64,000 nucleotides of DNA from Planctomycetota bacterium (GCA_044359355.1 JBIKMH010000014.1:1-64000), one strand, 5' to 3'. Positions 1 to 9,973 are shown, numbered from the stretch's first letter. Notes: generated by a model not told the origin, from the letters alone. Made by a program: numbers and translations.

Positions 1-153
1 TCGGCGCCCGGATGAGCGGCAGCGGACCGCGCTGGGAGGCCGTGCGCGGGCTGTTCGATCTGCAATGCCGCCGACTGGGGCTCAACCCGCGCGCGGAAGC
101 GAAGGCGTTCGAGGAGCCGATGAAGCCGCAGGGAAAACAGGGAGAGCTTTTCT
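1..153 (+). CDS. 3' end of an upstream gene (partial, hypothetical)
   Basis: Open frame enters the window and ends at TAG 151-153 (...EEPMKPQGKQGELF*). No recognisable motif. Confidence 0.3.
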
Positions 154-918
154 AGGCAGCCAACTCCAACAAGGCGCCCCCCGGTAGCGAGCTCAAAAGA
201 CCAGCCCGAGCGACACAATCAAGGTTGGTTCGCTTCTTTCTCATCGACAGAGTCCGCCCACAGCACTCGCACCTCTGGAACGACAGGCAACTGTTCATCC
301 CAAGGGATCTGCGCGGCGATGCCAGCACCGTACAGCCAGGCATCGGTTTGGAGGATGTCGAAGAGATCGCTGTCCGCCTCCCCGTCCTCATCTCTCCACT
401 CTCCCGGACAGGACCGTCCACCACGCAGCGTGGCCGTCACAGTCCGTTCATCCGCACAGGGAAAGGCCCACACCACGGGCAGCCACAGGATGGTCGGCGA
501 TGCCAACTCGATGGTCGGATCAACCGACAACGCCTGCGTTTCCGGTAGAAACAACCTGACAGGAGGGGACAGAGCAGTGCCACCCGGGTTAGCGCACCCT
601 GACAACCTGGATACGGCAGGACACGAAGGGTTGCCATGCCCCTCCGATGCTATCCACGGGCGGAATTCCCGATCCCGCGGCAATGGGCGTAGCCGGGTTG
701 AGAAAACGAGGTGCGGTTGAAAGCGAGCACTCGCCTTCCTTGACCTGCATCGAGCAGTTGCCTTGCGGCCAGGCGAACGTGCACGAGAGGGTCACTTTCC
801 AAAAGCCAACCTTGCATTCAGTCCTGTTCGGACCTTGAGGGCTTTTTCTCGCCTTCCTGACGAAGGGTGCCTGCGCATTTGTCATCATACCTGTGGATCC
901 GCTGCCGCTTCCCACCCC

Positions 919-2664
919 ATGGACGCACACCACACTCCCGCGCCCGGCCTATCCACCACTCAGGCGCGCCCCATGGCCACTTGGAGCGCAGGCATGGACC
1001 TGCGTGCGATCGCCTCGGAATTCGGCACGCCGCTGTATCTGCACCACGCCAAGAGCCTCGAGGCAGCCTTCAAAGCCTACGCCGCGCTGGTTGGCCCCGC
1101 AGGCGTGCGCTATCCGGTCAAGGCCAATCCCTCACCCGTGGTGCTGGAGAGCATCGCACGACTCGGCGGCGGTGCGGACTGTGCTTCACGGCCTGAGGTG
1201 CAGGCTGCACTGGCGGCGGGCATTCCCATGCAGCGCATCAGCTACAACACACCGGCTCCCAGCCTTGAGTTGGCAGCCGGGCTTCTGCGCAGGGGCGCCA
1301 CCGTGGTTGCCGACAACCCGGAGATGCTGTGCGAACTCGAAGCCTGCCTGACTGCGGGCGAGCTCATGGGCCAACTGTTCGTGCGCGTGAATCCCGGGCA
1401 GCTGCCGGGCTACATCGCGGGTGGTGAGCACCAACGCTACACGGCGCATGGCGATCCACGATCCCAGTTCGGAATTCCATCGGAAGACCTGCTGCCCATC
1501 CTGAAGTCCACGCAACTCCCGATCCGCGGACTGCATGTGCATGTCGGCACGATGATGGACAACCTCGCGGCCTTCACCGAGTGCCTCGAGTTCCTGCACG
1601 CGCTCGTCGACAGTGTGCGAGCTTCGACACACCACGATCCTCGCACGATCAACCTCGGAGGCGGACTGGGCCTGCCCCATGACCGCACCCAGATCCATCC
1701 GAGCATCGAGGCCTTCGCGCAGGAGTTGCGAGGACGGCTGCGGCCCGAGCTCACCTACGAGTTGGAGCCCGGCAATTCACTGGTTGGCGACAGCTTCGCG
1801 CTGTTGACACGAATTGTGGCCATCAAGCATGCGCGTGGGCGAACCTGGGGTATCTGTGATGTGGGTACGGACCAGTTGGTGAAGCATACGGTGGCGGGCT
1901 GGCGCCACGAGATCGTGGATGCCGACCATCAGCGCCTGGCTTGCTCGGGTCCGGACTCACTGGCCGGGCCGCTGTGCTTCGCAGGCGACCTCCTGCTGCC
2001 CGCCACTGATCTCAGGGGTGCCAGGGCAGGTGATCCCCTGCTGGTCCGCCAGACGGGCGCGTATTGCGAGGCCATCGCGAGCCGTTTCAATGGCCGTCTC
2101 GGCCCGGCAACCGTGCTGGTCGAGAACGGGCGTGTGGTTGGAATCGCACAGGCTCGGGAGGATGCATTCTTTGCTGCCACCGCATCACATTCCCGGCCCA
2201 TCGTCACGCCTGAAAGGAGTTCGCCAGCCGAGCCGTTGCAGCCGACGCATGTGCAGTCACTGCAGAGCGCCTATATGCACCGACTCGCCCGCGAAGACAC
2301 CTATGAGATCGGCCCGGCGCGCCGGATCGGTCCGGGAACCTACGAGTTCCAAGTGAGCGTCGATGCTCCCTGTGGCTTCGTCGGCATGCCGTTGGCTGTT
2401 CGAGTGCTCGGTGATGCTTCGATCATCGCCATCGGGCTGGAATTGGGCTGGAAGGCCAAGCAAGGCGCTGTGCTCGCGAGCCGATTGACGCTCAGCTTCG
2501 AGAAGTCGCTCCCGGGCAAGGGCGTATTCCCCTGCCGTGTCGCCGTGAGCGCGCTCAGTCCGGCTGGGAGCGATGGTGCCAACCTGGTTGGAAGCGTGCG
2601 CTTCGAGTTGGGCGAGGGGGCAGGCATTCACGGTACGGCGCAGGTGAGTGCGCCGGCGAGCTAG
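919..2664 (+). CDS. PLP-dependent decarboxylase, Orn/DAP/Arg decarboxylase family (diaminopimelate decarboxylase-like) with a ~150-190 aa C-terminal extension of unknown function
   Basis: ORF 763-2664 with internal ATG at 919 (MDAHH...). Motifs [29 protein letters not shown] and [10 protein letters not shown] are typical of the fold-III LysA/ODC family. The tail after about aa 430 has no recognisable motif. Confidence 0.75.
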   Translation: MDAHHTPAPGLSTTQARPMATWSAGMDLRAIASEFGTPLYLHHAKSLEAAFKAYAALVGPAGVRYPVKANPSPVVLESIARLGGGADCASRPEVQAALAAGIPMQRISYNTPAPSLELAAGLLRRGATVVADNPEMLCELEACLTAGELMGQLFVRVNPGQLPGYIAGGEHQRYTAHGDPRSQFGIPSEDLLPILKSTQLPIRGLHVHVGTMMDNLAAFTECLEFLHALVDSVRASTHHDPRTINLGGGLGLPHDRTQIHPSIEAFAQELRGRLRPELTYELEPGNSLVGDSFALLTRIVAIKHARGRTWGICDVGTDQLVKHTVAGWRHEIVDADHQRLACSGPDSLAGPLCFAGDLLLPATDLRGARAGDPLLVRQTGAYCEAIASRFNGRLGPATVLVENGRVVGIAQAREDAFFAATASHSRPIVTPERSSPAEPLQPTHVQSLQSAYMHRLAREDTYEIGPARRIGPGTYEFQVSVDAPCGFVGMPLAVRVLGDASIIAIGLELGWKAKQGAVLASRLTLSFEKSLPGKGVFPCRVAVSALSPAGSDGANLVGSVRFELGEGAGIHGTAQVSAPAS

Positions 2665-2858
2665 GCCAATTCCTTCGACGGCACGCGCACCACGAGGACG
2701 GGCACTTCGGCGTGGCGCAGCACGTTCTCGGCGACCGACCCGAGCAGCATGCGGCCCAACCCGGAGCGTCCGTGCGAAGCCAGCGCGATCAGATCCGCGC
2801 CCGTCTCCTTCGCGATCTCGCAGATGCGCGAGGAGGCCAAGGCCTTCGACGAAGCCAA
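2661..2858 (-). pseudogene. Universal stress protein C-terminal fragment (truncated paralog of usp at 7063-7572)
   Basis: 65-aa ORF whose last ~55 aa ([54 protein letters not shown]) are near-identical to the C-terminus of the full Usp. About 175 nt at ~90% nucleotide identity; the N-terminal two-thirds of a Usp domain are absent. Confidence 0.7.
2664..2838. repeat. Direct repeat copy A (usp 3' segment), paired with 7066-7240
   Basis: An ~83-nt identical run (tccttcgacggcacgcgcaccacgaggacgggcacttcggcgtggcgcagcacgttctcggcgaccgacccgagcagcatgcg) followed by gradually diverging sequence. Confidence 0.8.
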
Positions 2859-2905
2859 GCCTCACCCCAGACCCCGGCAGGGCGAGTTGTTCTAGACAGA
2901 TTGCG

Positions 2906-3370
2906 TCAGGCGCCTTCGCTCGCGCTCACCTGCCGACCTTTGCGCCGCACGAGCACGCCGAAGGCGCATCCGAGCAACACGGCGGGCACCAGACCGACAT
3001 ACAGCACCCACAGCAGCGGACCCAACAGCGCTTCGAGCACGCTCGCCGGCGTCGAAAGGAGGATCCGGCCCTGCGCCCAGTCGATTCCGATCTGCACGAG
3101 CGCCCCCGTCAGCGTAGCTCCGATCACGCTTCCCAGCGCGACCACGATTCCCAGAAGTGCGGCCTGAAACAGCGCGGCGCGCTGCAGATGCGGGGAATAG
3201 ACACCCGCCAGCCAGCGTGCAAGGGCGAGCGCCACCACGCTGCCCGTCGCAATCGAAACGGGGAGCGACGCGAGCAAACCCTGCATGCCCATCGCGAACA
3301 GCAGCGCTGCGCCCAATCCCAGGCCCGCCAGCGCGAACCCGGTCGCGGCGCGGACGCTGTAGCGCTTCAC
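2906..3370 (-). CDS. Small polytopic membrane protein (hypothetical), last gene of the flotillin operon
   Basis: 154 aa with four hydrophobic segments. Its start overlaps the flotillin stop by 4 nt. Confidence 0.55.
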   Translation of the reverse strand: MKRYSVRAATGFALAGLGLGAALLFAMGMQGLLASLPVSIATGSVVALALARWLAGVYSPHLQRAALFQAALLGIVVALGSVIGATLTGALVQIGIDWAQGRILLSTPASVLEALLGPLLWVLYVGLVPAVLLGCAFGVLVRRKGRQVSASEGA

Positions 3371-4983
3371 GCCTTGGGCGCTTCGGCCTTCGCAGGAGAA
3401 GTGGTGGCCGCCTCCGAGCCGTCTGCCGAGGAGGGGGCCGCCGGGTTCTCCGTCATCAGTTTGCCGAAGTACTCCGGCATCTTGACGCCGCCGACCTCGC
3501 TCATCATCTGCATCATGGGAGGCAGCGAGCCCGCCAGCGAGTGCAGGAAATTCGTGGTCGCGTTGCGGCCGTCCTTGCCGACCCCGCCGTCCCAGACCAC
3601 CACCTTGTCGAACTTGACATTCGAAATCGCCGTGGCGGCCGTCTTGGAGAGCTCTTCCATCTTCTCCAGCATCAGCATCTGGAAGGCCTGCTCGGCGCCG
3701 CCGCAGGCTTGGATGATCGCCCGCAGACCCTCGCCCTTCTTCGCGAGCATCTCGTACTCGCCACGCGCCTGCGCCTCCAGACGGGCGTACATGGCGGCTG
3801 CCTCCGCCTGAGCTTCGATGCGCTGACGCTCCGCCTGCGCCTCCGCTTCGATGATGACCTGCGACTTCACGGCGCGAGCCAGCGCTTCGAGTTCGGCGCG
3901 CTTTTCGGCTTCGATTTTCTTGGCTTGAGCCTCGGCCGCGCGCGCCTGCGCCAGATACTGCGCCTCCAGCACGGCCGCCTGTGCTTCGCGCAGTCGCGTT
4001 TCCGAGAGCTGGTAGGCCTCTGCCTCGCGCACCTTGAGCGAAGCGTTGGAGGCCGCCATGTCGGCCTTGGACTTGTTTTCGCCGGTGACGGCCTCGGCAT
4101 CGGCCGCGGCCACCTGGATTCTCATGGCGCGCTGAGCGTCACGGACCTTGGCATCGCGCTCGAACTGCGCGGTCTGTTCGCCGATGGCGCGCTCCTTCTC
4201 CAGCTCGGCGATCTTGACGGCGCGCTCGCGCTCGGCCGATTTCGTGCCGATGTCGCGCAGCTTCTCGTTGTTCGAGACCTCGATGACGCGGTCGCGGTCA
4301 GCCTCGGCCACGCCGATGGCACCCTTCTTGACCTGCATCGCGACATCGATCTCGGCCTGCTGGATGGCTTCCGAAGCCGCCTTCTTGCCGATCGCCTCGA
4401 TGTAGCCCGATTCGTCGGTGATGTCCTTGATGTTGACGTTGATCAGCACGAGGCCGATCTTCTTCAACTCGGGTTCCAGCGAGTCCTGAATCTTGGAGAG
4501 GAACTGGTGGCGGTCGCGGTTGATCTCGTCGATGCGCATCGAGGCGATCACCTGGCGCAGCTGCCCGAAGATGATGTCCTCGGCCTGCTTGATGACCGCG
4601 GTGGTCTGCAGTCCCAAGAGACGCACGGCCGCGTTATTCATCGTCTCTTCGTCTGTGCCGATCGCAACGGTGAAGACGCTGGGCACATTAACACGGATGT
4701 TCTCGATCGAAAGCGCGCCCTGCAGCGGGATTTCGATTTGAACCGGATCCAGCGAGAGATACTCGAAGTTCTGGATCAACGGCCAGACGAACACGCCGCC
4801 GCCGTGGATGCACTTCGAGGACCGCCCAGTGCTGGTCCGGCCGTAGACGACCAGCACGCGGTTCGAGGGACAGCGCTTGTAGCGGCGGGCCACCACCAGC
4901 ATGAAGCTGATGAGCACCAATCCTCCGACGAGGATCATCAGCGCGATCGGGAGAAACTCGGAAAAGAGCGATTGAATATCCAT
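3367..4983 (-). CDS. Flotillin / SPFH (band-7) family protein, YqiK-like
   Basis: 538 aa: N-terminal TM, SPFH domain (PLIQNFEYLSLDPVQIEIP..., INVNIKDITD), then a long Ala/Glu-rich coiled-coil (EAQAKKIEAEKRAELEALARA). Confidence 0.9.
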   Translation of the reverse strand: MDIQSLFSEFLPIALMILVGGLVLISFMLVVARRYKRCPSNRVLVVYGRTSTGRSSKCIHGGGVFVWPLIQNFEYLSLDPVQIEIPLQGALSIENIRVNVPSVFTVAIGTDEETMNNAAVRLLGLQTTAVIKQAEDIIFGQLRQVIASMRIDEINRDRHQFLSKIQDSLEPELKKIGLVLINVNIKDITDESGYIEAIGKKAASEAIQQAEIDVAMQVKKGAIGVAEADRDRVIEVSNNEKLRDIGTKSAERERAVKIAELEKERAIGEQTAQFERDAKVRDAQRAMRIQVAAADAEAVTGENKSKADMAASNASLKVREAEAYQLSETRLREAQAAVLEAQYLAQARAAEAQAKKIEAEKRAELEALARAVKSQVIIEAEAQAERQRIEAQAEAAAMYARLEAQARGEYEMLAKKGEGLRAIIQACGGAEQAFQMLMLEKMEELSKTAATAISNVKFDKVVVWDGGVGKDGRNATTNFLHSLAGSLPPMMQMMSEVGGVKMPEYFGKLMTENPAAPSSADGSEAATTSPAKAEAPKA

Positions 4984-4987
4984 GGAT

Positions 4988-5566
4988 TCAGATGAGCGGC
5001 TCTACCTCGAAGGTGTCGAGCGTCAGTTGTTTGACGATGCGCACTTCGCTACCGGACTCGATGTCCCGGGCAGCACGGGTGCAGGCTTGGAACTCGCCCG
5101 TGCGGCCCTGCACGAGCACCTGAACTTTGCCTTTGCCGGTATTGTTGGCGGGAATGCGCAGGTAGACGCGCCCCACGAGCCCAACGGCGTTCTTCGTGTC
5201 CATGTTGCCGGCCGAGTGCAGTTTCTTCTGCATCGAGAACAGCCAGGCGACCGCCACCAGCATCACGGCGCCGGCTGCGACTCCGACCACCAGCGCCATG
5301 GCGTTGCTCGTCCCCTGCGCCAAGGCAGTCCAGCCACCCAGACCGAAGAAGCAGAAGAAGCTCGCCACGGAGCGCACCGAGAGCAGGCCCAGACCCTCGC
5401 CGTCGTGCACCTCGCCGCTTCCGGAGTGACCGATCTCGGGCAGGCCTTCGCCGAGCGCATCCCCGCCATCGTCGTGACCAAACAGCAGCATCACCGTCTG
5501 GACCAGCAGAATCAGCCCGCCGAGCGCAGCACAGCCAAGGAACACGGTCAGGAGCGAGAGATCCAT
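4988..5566 (-). CDS. NfeD-like membrane protein (YqiJ-like partner of flotillin)
   Basis: Internal ATG at 5566 (MDLSLL...). N-terminal TM helices plus a C-terminal OB-fold-like segment (GRVYLRIP...VQVLVQGRTGEFQA...VRIVKQ). Lies immediately upstream of flotillin in the classic nfeD-flotillin pairing. Confidence 0.75.
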   Translation of the reverse strand: MDLSLLTVFLGCAALGGLILLVQTVMLLFGHDDGGDALGEGLPEIGHSGSGEVHDGEGLGLLSVRSVASFFCFFGLGGWTALAQGTSNAMALVVGVAAGAVMLVAVAWLFSMQKKLHSAGNMDTKNAVGLVGRVYLRIPANNTGKGKVQVLVQGRTGEFQACTRAARDIESGSEVRIVKQLTLDTFEVEPLI

Positions 5567-5864
5567 GCGTCGAGGTCGCGGCAGCGGCGGGGGGAGGATA
5601 CTCACCCAACAGCGACGAATTCAAAGTTTTTTGCGCCCGGGGGAGCGCAATCCTCTCCACTGCAGCCCTCTGGCTTTCGGATCGAGGCTCATCGGCGGGT
5701 TCCCAAGGCCGCTTCGAGAACTGAGGAAACGCGCCTTCACCGTTCGGAAGCGGCGCCCGCTCTCCAACGTGCAGACCCGCCGATGGGAGGGCCGCAGCGA
5801 TTGGCCGAAGGACTCTGTAAATGTCCGTGAGTTTGGAGCCGTTTTTCCATTTGAGGTGCTGGAG

Positions 5865-7049
5865 ATGCTCCCCGCAATGATGCCCGCCCCGCACACCCTG
5901 TTGGTTTTCCTCCTTCTGCTCTGCTGCCTGCCTGCACACGCGCAGCAGAAGGCCAGTGGTCCTGCCCGCCCTGCCAAGAACGGCACGGGCGCGCTGATCG
6001 GCAAGAAGGTGGTACCCTTTGCCGAGTTGCCGGCAGAACTCTCCGACAACGCCCGGCGGGCTTTGCAGCGCGTGCGCCCCTACTGCGAGGCGCAGGGCCT
6101 CGTGGCGCTGCCCGATCCCGACCTGCGCTTTGTGATGCTCGTGCCGGAGAACAACCGCAGCGCGCAGAAGCTGTTCCAGCAGGCCTGCGAAACGGCGGAC
6201 TGGTTCGACGAGCGCCTCCCGGAGACTGCCAACCAGATGCCTGCGCAACCGGAAGGCACCTGGCAGGACGATGCCTTCACGCCCAACACCGAAGTCGCCG
6301 TGCTGCACATCCTGCGCAATGAGGGTGAGCAGGCCGCCCTGCTGTCCCAGATGGCCGAGGAGCAAACTGACCTGTCGATCTGGGCGCGCAGTGCGAGCCA
6401 GATGCTGGGTTTCACGCTGCTTCGGCCCTTGTGCGCGGCGATCGTGATGGAGGCGGAGGGCAACGAGGAGTGGAGTCCCGAGCATGAGCTGGCGAACCGT
6501 CTCACCCAGCTTCTGCTGCAGCGCCGCTTCGGTCAGCAGCCCTACTGGCTGCGCCAGGGCATCGCCTGGTGCGCCGAGTGGCGCCTCAACTCGGAGCTTT
6601 ACTGTTTCCCCTACCGCAAGGAATTCGTGCCGCGCGCGGAGCACGGTGCCTGGGCGCTGGAAGCCAAGGTCCTCTTTCAAAAGCGCGCCAGCATCGCCGT
6701 GAGCCTCGAGGAGCTGCACGAGTGCCAAAGCGGATCCTGGAATGGTCCAGCTGCGCGCAAGGCCTTCGGCGTCGCCGGCTACCTGCTGAGCCGGAATCCG
6801 GCGGAACTCTCGGCCGCGCTCGAGGCCCTGCGCGTGCACCGCGAACTCGACAACCGCGCGACGCGCGCCGATGGATCGTGGAGCCGCATTCCAGGCTACG
6901 AGGTCTCTGGCGCGGATCTCGACCGCATTCTCGGGGCGCAACTCGGGTCCGAATGGCGCTCGGCCGCAACGGCGCATGTCGCCAGCGGCGGAAAGCAGAG
7001 CCGCCGCGCCATGACGGGCAAGGTCAGAACCGCGCCCAAGGGCCGCTAG
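5865..7049 (+). CDS. Secreted hypothetical protein, DUF1570-like (degenerate metallopeptidase-like motif)
   Basis: ATG at 5865 gives a signal peptide (MLPAMMPAPHTLLVFLLLLCCLPAHAQQ). Motif HELANRLTQLL...QPYWLRQGIAWCAE resembles the DUF1570 HExxH...PxWLxEGLA signature but with catalytic residues replaced. Confidence 0.5.
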   Translation: MLPAMMPAPHTLLVFLLLLCCLPAHAQQKASGPARPAKNGTGALIGKKVVPFAELPAELSDNARRALQRVRPYCEAQGLVALPDPDLRFVMLVPENNRSAQKLFQQACETADWFDERLPETANQMPAQPEGTWQDDAFTPNTEVAVLHILRNEGEQAALLSQMAEEQTDLSIWARSASQMLGFTLLRPLCAAIVMEAEGNEEWSPEHELANRLTQLLLQRRFGQQPYWLRQGIAWCAEWRLNSELYCFPYRKEFVPRAEHGAWALEAKVLFQKRASIAVSLEELHECQSGSWNGPAARKAFGVAGYLLSRNPAELSAALEALRVHRELDNRATRADGSWSRIPGYEVSGADLDRILGAQLGSEWRSAATAHVASGGKQSRRAMTGKVRTAPKGR

Positions 7050-7062
7050 CCAGAACAGGTGA

Positions 7063-7551
7063 CTAGCTGAGATCCTTCGACGGCACGCGCACCACGAGGA
7101 CGGGCACTTCGGCGTGGCGCAGCACGTTCTCGGCGACCGACCCGAGCAGCATGCGCCCCAGCCCGGATCGCCCGTGCGATGCCAGTGCGATCAGATCCGC
7201 TCCCGTCTCCTTGGCAAGCTCGCAGATGCGTGTCGACACTTTGCCCGCGGGGGCATCGATGACGTGCACTTTGAGCTCCACGCCCACGGGTGCCGGGCAC
7301 TCGCGCGTCAGCCGGGCGATGCCATCCTCGGCAATGGCGTAGGCCTTGGCGCGCTCCTCGGGCGTGCGACTGGTGGTCGAATAATGCGCGTACATCGGGT
7401 TGGGCACATCCGGCTGCTCGATCACCTGCAGCAGGTGCACCACCCCGCCGCCCTTCAACAGTGCATAGGCATGGGGCAGGGAGCGGGCGCCGCGGGCGGA
7501 GAGGTCGACGGGGACGAGGATCTGCTTGTAGCTGGGAAGGGCGGTGGTCAT
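7063..7551 (-). CDS. Universal stress protein (UspA family)
   Basis: KQILVPVDLS..., ...[48 protein letters not shown] precedes the ATG at 7551; an alternative start is at 7572. Confidence 0.85.
   Translation of the reverse strand: MTTALPSYKQILVPVDLSARGARSLPHAYALLKGGGVVHLLQVIEQPDVPNPMYAHYSTTSRTPEERAKAYAIAEDGIARLTRECPAPVGVELKVHVIDAPAGKVSTRICELAKETGADLIALASHGRSGLGRMLLGSVAENVLRHAEVPVLVVRVPSKDLS
7066..7240. repeat. Direct repeat copy B (usp 3' segment), paired with 2664-2838
   Basis: Same sequence as copy A. The two copies bracket the ~4.4 kb flotillin/NfeD/DUF1570 block. Confidence 0.8.
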
Positions 7552-7645
7552 GGAGGGGGGTCCTTTCTCCATTCATTGAAGACCTCGGCCTTCGCAAGCG
7601 CCGTACAGCGCAGTCCGTATGCAGACCCCCGACTTGTGCGCAGCT

Positions 7646-8134
7646 CTACCAGCGATGGAAGGCGGGATGGCCGGGCGGAACGGCCACGAACACGCCCCGG
7701 CAGGTGGAGGTCAGCTTGCCACCGCTGCTGAGCGTCGCTTCCACCACCGCGCGATCGGCACTCGACTCCACCACGACGGCTTCGAGATGCACCGGAGCAT
7801 TCGAAGGCGTCGGGCGCCTGAGCTTGACATGGAATTCGCTCGTGACCGTGCTCGGCACGCTTGTCGCGCCGGACTGCTGCATCAGATGGTGCGCCGCGGT
7901 CCAGTTGGAGTGGCAATCGAGCAAGGCTCCGACGATGCCGCCGTTGAGCACGCCGGGAAAGGCCTCGTGATGCGCCTGTGGCATCCACTCGGCGATGACC
8001 TTGTCGCCTTCGACGATGGAGCGGATGCGCAGGCCTTGGTCGTTGGCTGGGCCGCAGCCAAAGCAGCGGCTCAGCGGAGCGTGGAGTTCCTGGAGGCTTT
8101 GACTCATGGCGATGAGATGAGGCGCATAGGCCAT
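7646..8134 (-). CDS. Hotdog-fold thioesterase (PaaI/4HBT superfamily)
   Basis: CFGCGPANDQGLRI... and LNGGIVGALLDCHSNWTAA motifs. Its start overlaps the upstream gene's stop (TGATG). Confidence 0.65.
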   Translation of the reverse strand: MAYAPHLIAMSQSLQELHAPLSRCFGCGPANDQGLRIRSIVEGDKVIAEWMPQAHHEAFPGVLNGGIVGALLDCHSNWTAAHHLMQQSGATSVPSTVTSEFHVKLRRPTPSNAPVHLEAVVVESSADRAVVEATLSSGGKLTSTCRGVFVAVPPGHPAFHRW

Positions 8135-9753
8135 CACAAGCTGCGTTTCAAAGCAACCTCGATGATGCGGGTCTCGCCCTGGGGCAGCGCAAGGAGTTCC
8201 AGCCGTTCCTCCCATGGCTCGCATTGATAGGCATTGACCTGCAGGGTGGCGGGTCCGGCCGGCATCTCAAAGCGGGTCCAGGGGCTTGAGATCACCATGC
8301 CTCCGGTTTGAACGCGGGCCTTGTGGTCCGGATCACAGATCCACTGGACACCGACGGTGCCCGTGAGAATTCCCGGCGGGGCCTTGACGAGCAGTTGCAC
8401 GGGAACGAATTCGTGCAAGAGCTCGACCTCGACGACCTGCTCGGGTTGGTCGATGACGATCTCCTGATTCTTGAACTTCTGCTTGAGCGGGTCGCGCAGC
8501 ACCTTGAGGCGGTACGTTCCGTAGGGCACGCGCATCACTTGCTTGCTATCGATGGCTTTGCTGAAGGAAAAGCCAAGACTCGCCGGAACGAGGTGGAAGC
8601 CCTCGCAAGCGATCAGGGTTCCGCTGGGATTGCGGAAGCGGAAAGTGACAAGGGAGCCTTCCGTGCGCGGCCCGAAGTCATGGGTGAAGTCGACCACCAT
8701 GGGCTGGATGTCCTCGGTCAGCAGTTGCATGGGAACGTCGATTTCCCTGCGACCGTGCTCCACCAGCAGGACCTTGAGGGGAATGACCTGCGGAGTCTCG
8801 CTCACGGACCTGACAGCCCCCACGAACACTTTGCCGTCGGGAAAGCGCTCCTGGAGCCGCTGGCGAGCGGAATCCATGCTGTAGGAGTGCGGAGTGGGCA
8901 CGACCAAGCCGGCGTTGCCCTCCCAGTTGTAGTTGAAGATCTGGTCACCCTTGATCTGAAGCACGGCTGCCGTCAGAGGAACCATCACGACTTCGAGTTT
9001 GGGCCCTGGCACATCCACGGTCAGGAGCTGGCGGTCGAGCACCTCGTAGTACTCGGAGCGCACGCCGATGAGGTACTTGCCGCGGCTCAACCCCCGTGCC
9101 AGCGCCTCCCCCGAACCATTCGTGAGCACCGAATGCTGGCTGCACTCCGAGTCAAGACCGTCCAGCAACTGATCGTCATGCCCCGCCGTGATGGCATCCC
9201 GGGTGATCTCCTGGCGGGCGAGCATCACCGTGACATCAGGAATCGGGGTTCCCAATGGATCCCTGACGCTGATTTCCAGCCGTTCTTCCGGTTCCAGTTG
9301 GACCACAACCTCTGCTTGCCCGTCCGAGGGCCATTCCGCAGTCCGGGAGCGATACCCAAGGGCGCGGACACCGAGCACCGTGTCTTCCGTGGGCTCGAAG
9401 GCGATTCGTGCAACACCCAGATGGTTCGTACGAACCGCTTGCAGTTCCAGTTGGACCGGAATGCTGCGGGCAAAGCGGGTCACCGGGCAGACGCGGGCAT
9501 CTGGGATCGGCGCTCCGGCGCTGTCCTTGACGAGTACGGTCAGGCTGGCAGGTTTTCCGTCGTCCGGTTCACCGCGCTGTGCGGAAGTCGGCGTGCTCTG
9601 CAACTCATTGCCCTGAGGGCTCGCCGCCGGCAGCAATCTCGACGGGGCAGAATTGGATTCCATCTCCGCGGGGTCCGCGGATCGCGCGAACAACCAGACG
9701 ACGAGGATACTTGCCACGAGCAGCGAGGCGACGAGCCAGCGACGATGATTCAT
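8134..9753 (-). CDS. Membrane-anchored or secreted protein with CarboxypepD_reg-like beta-sandwich repeats (hypothetical)
   Basis: N-terminal signal anchor (MNHRRWLVASLLVASILVVWLFA). Repeated segments of the type VLVKDSAGAPIPDARV, EISVRDPLGTPIPDVTV. Confidence 0.6.
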   Translation of the reverse strand: MNHRRWLVASLLVASILVVWLFARSADPAEMESNSAPSRLLPAASPQGNELQSTPTSAQRGEPDDGKPASLTVLVKDSAGAPIPDARVCPVTRFARSIPVQLELQAVRTNHLGVARIAFEPTEDTVLGVRALGYRSRTAEWPSDGQAEVVVQLEPEERLEISVRDPLGTPIPDVTVMLARQEITRDAITAGHDDQLLDGLDSECSQHSVLTNGSGEALARGLSRGKYLIGVRSEYYEVLDRQLLTVDVPGPKLEVVMVPLTAAVLQIKGDQIFNYNWEGNAGLVVPTPHSYSMDSARQRLQERFPDGKVFVGAVRSVSETPQVIPLKVLLVEHGRREIDVPMQLLTEDIQPMVVDFTHDFGPRTEGSLVTFRFRNPSGTLIACEGFHLVPASLGFSFSKAIDSKQVMRVPYGTYRLKVLRDPLKQKFKNQEIVIDQPEQVVEVELLHEFVPVQLLVKAPPGILTGTVGVQWICDPDHKARVQTGGMVISSPWTRFEMPAGPATLQVNAYQCEPWEERLELLALPQGETRIIEVALKRSL

Positions 9754-9824
9754 GTTTCACGGGGTAAACAGGGCTGCATGACTGCGGGATGCAGTCCAGA
9801 AGCAGGTCAGCGGATCCGGGAAGT

Positions 9825-9899
9825 TGGTGGGCGACACAGGACTCGAACCTGTAACTTCCACGATGTGAACATGGCACTCTGCCATTGAGTTAGTCGCCC
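9825..9899 (-). tRNA. tRNA-Val (anticodon CAC)
   Basis: Manual cloverleaf: acceptor GGGCGAC/GTCGCCC, D stem ACTC/GAGT, anticodon stem CCATG/CGTGG with loop TTCACAT, T arm ACAGG-TTCGAGT-CCTGT, discriminator A, encoded CCA. Coordinates were cross-checked against an overlapping ORF's codons. Confidence 0.85.
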
Positions 9900-9973
9900 A
9901 CCGGGTTTTCAGGGCGGGTGAGTGTAGCGGCGCCCGCCTCAACCGGCAAGGGGGCCGCGGACCGCGTGGCGGG

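Noticed and set aside
3157-4995. Long antisense ORFs opposite clearly conserved genes (for example 3157-4995+, 5049-6977-, 8308-9888+, 10536-12857+, 11191-12447-, 17315-19315-, 25969-29034+, 35076-36656-, 37874-39913-, 45641-47335-, 47348-48664-, 60156-62051-).
   Set aside because: Expected in ~68% GC DNA, where stop codons are rare. The opposite strands carry unmistakable conserved domains (flotillin, LigA, GroEL, SNF2, STK, TypA, PhoX, PepX, Fhs) while these translations are Arg/Ala/Pro-rich with no motifs.
9605-9877. ORFs reading across the tRNAs (9605-9877 minus over tRNA-Val; 51098-51490 plus over tRNA-Gly).
   Set aside because: They are colinear with well-formed tRNA cloverleaves and have no protein motifs. 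These are artefacts of open GC-rich frames.
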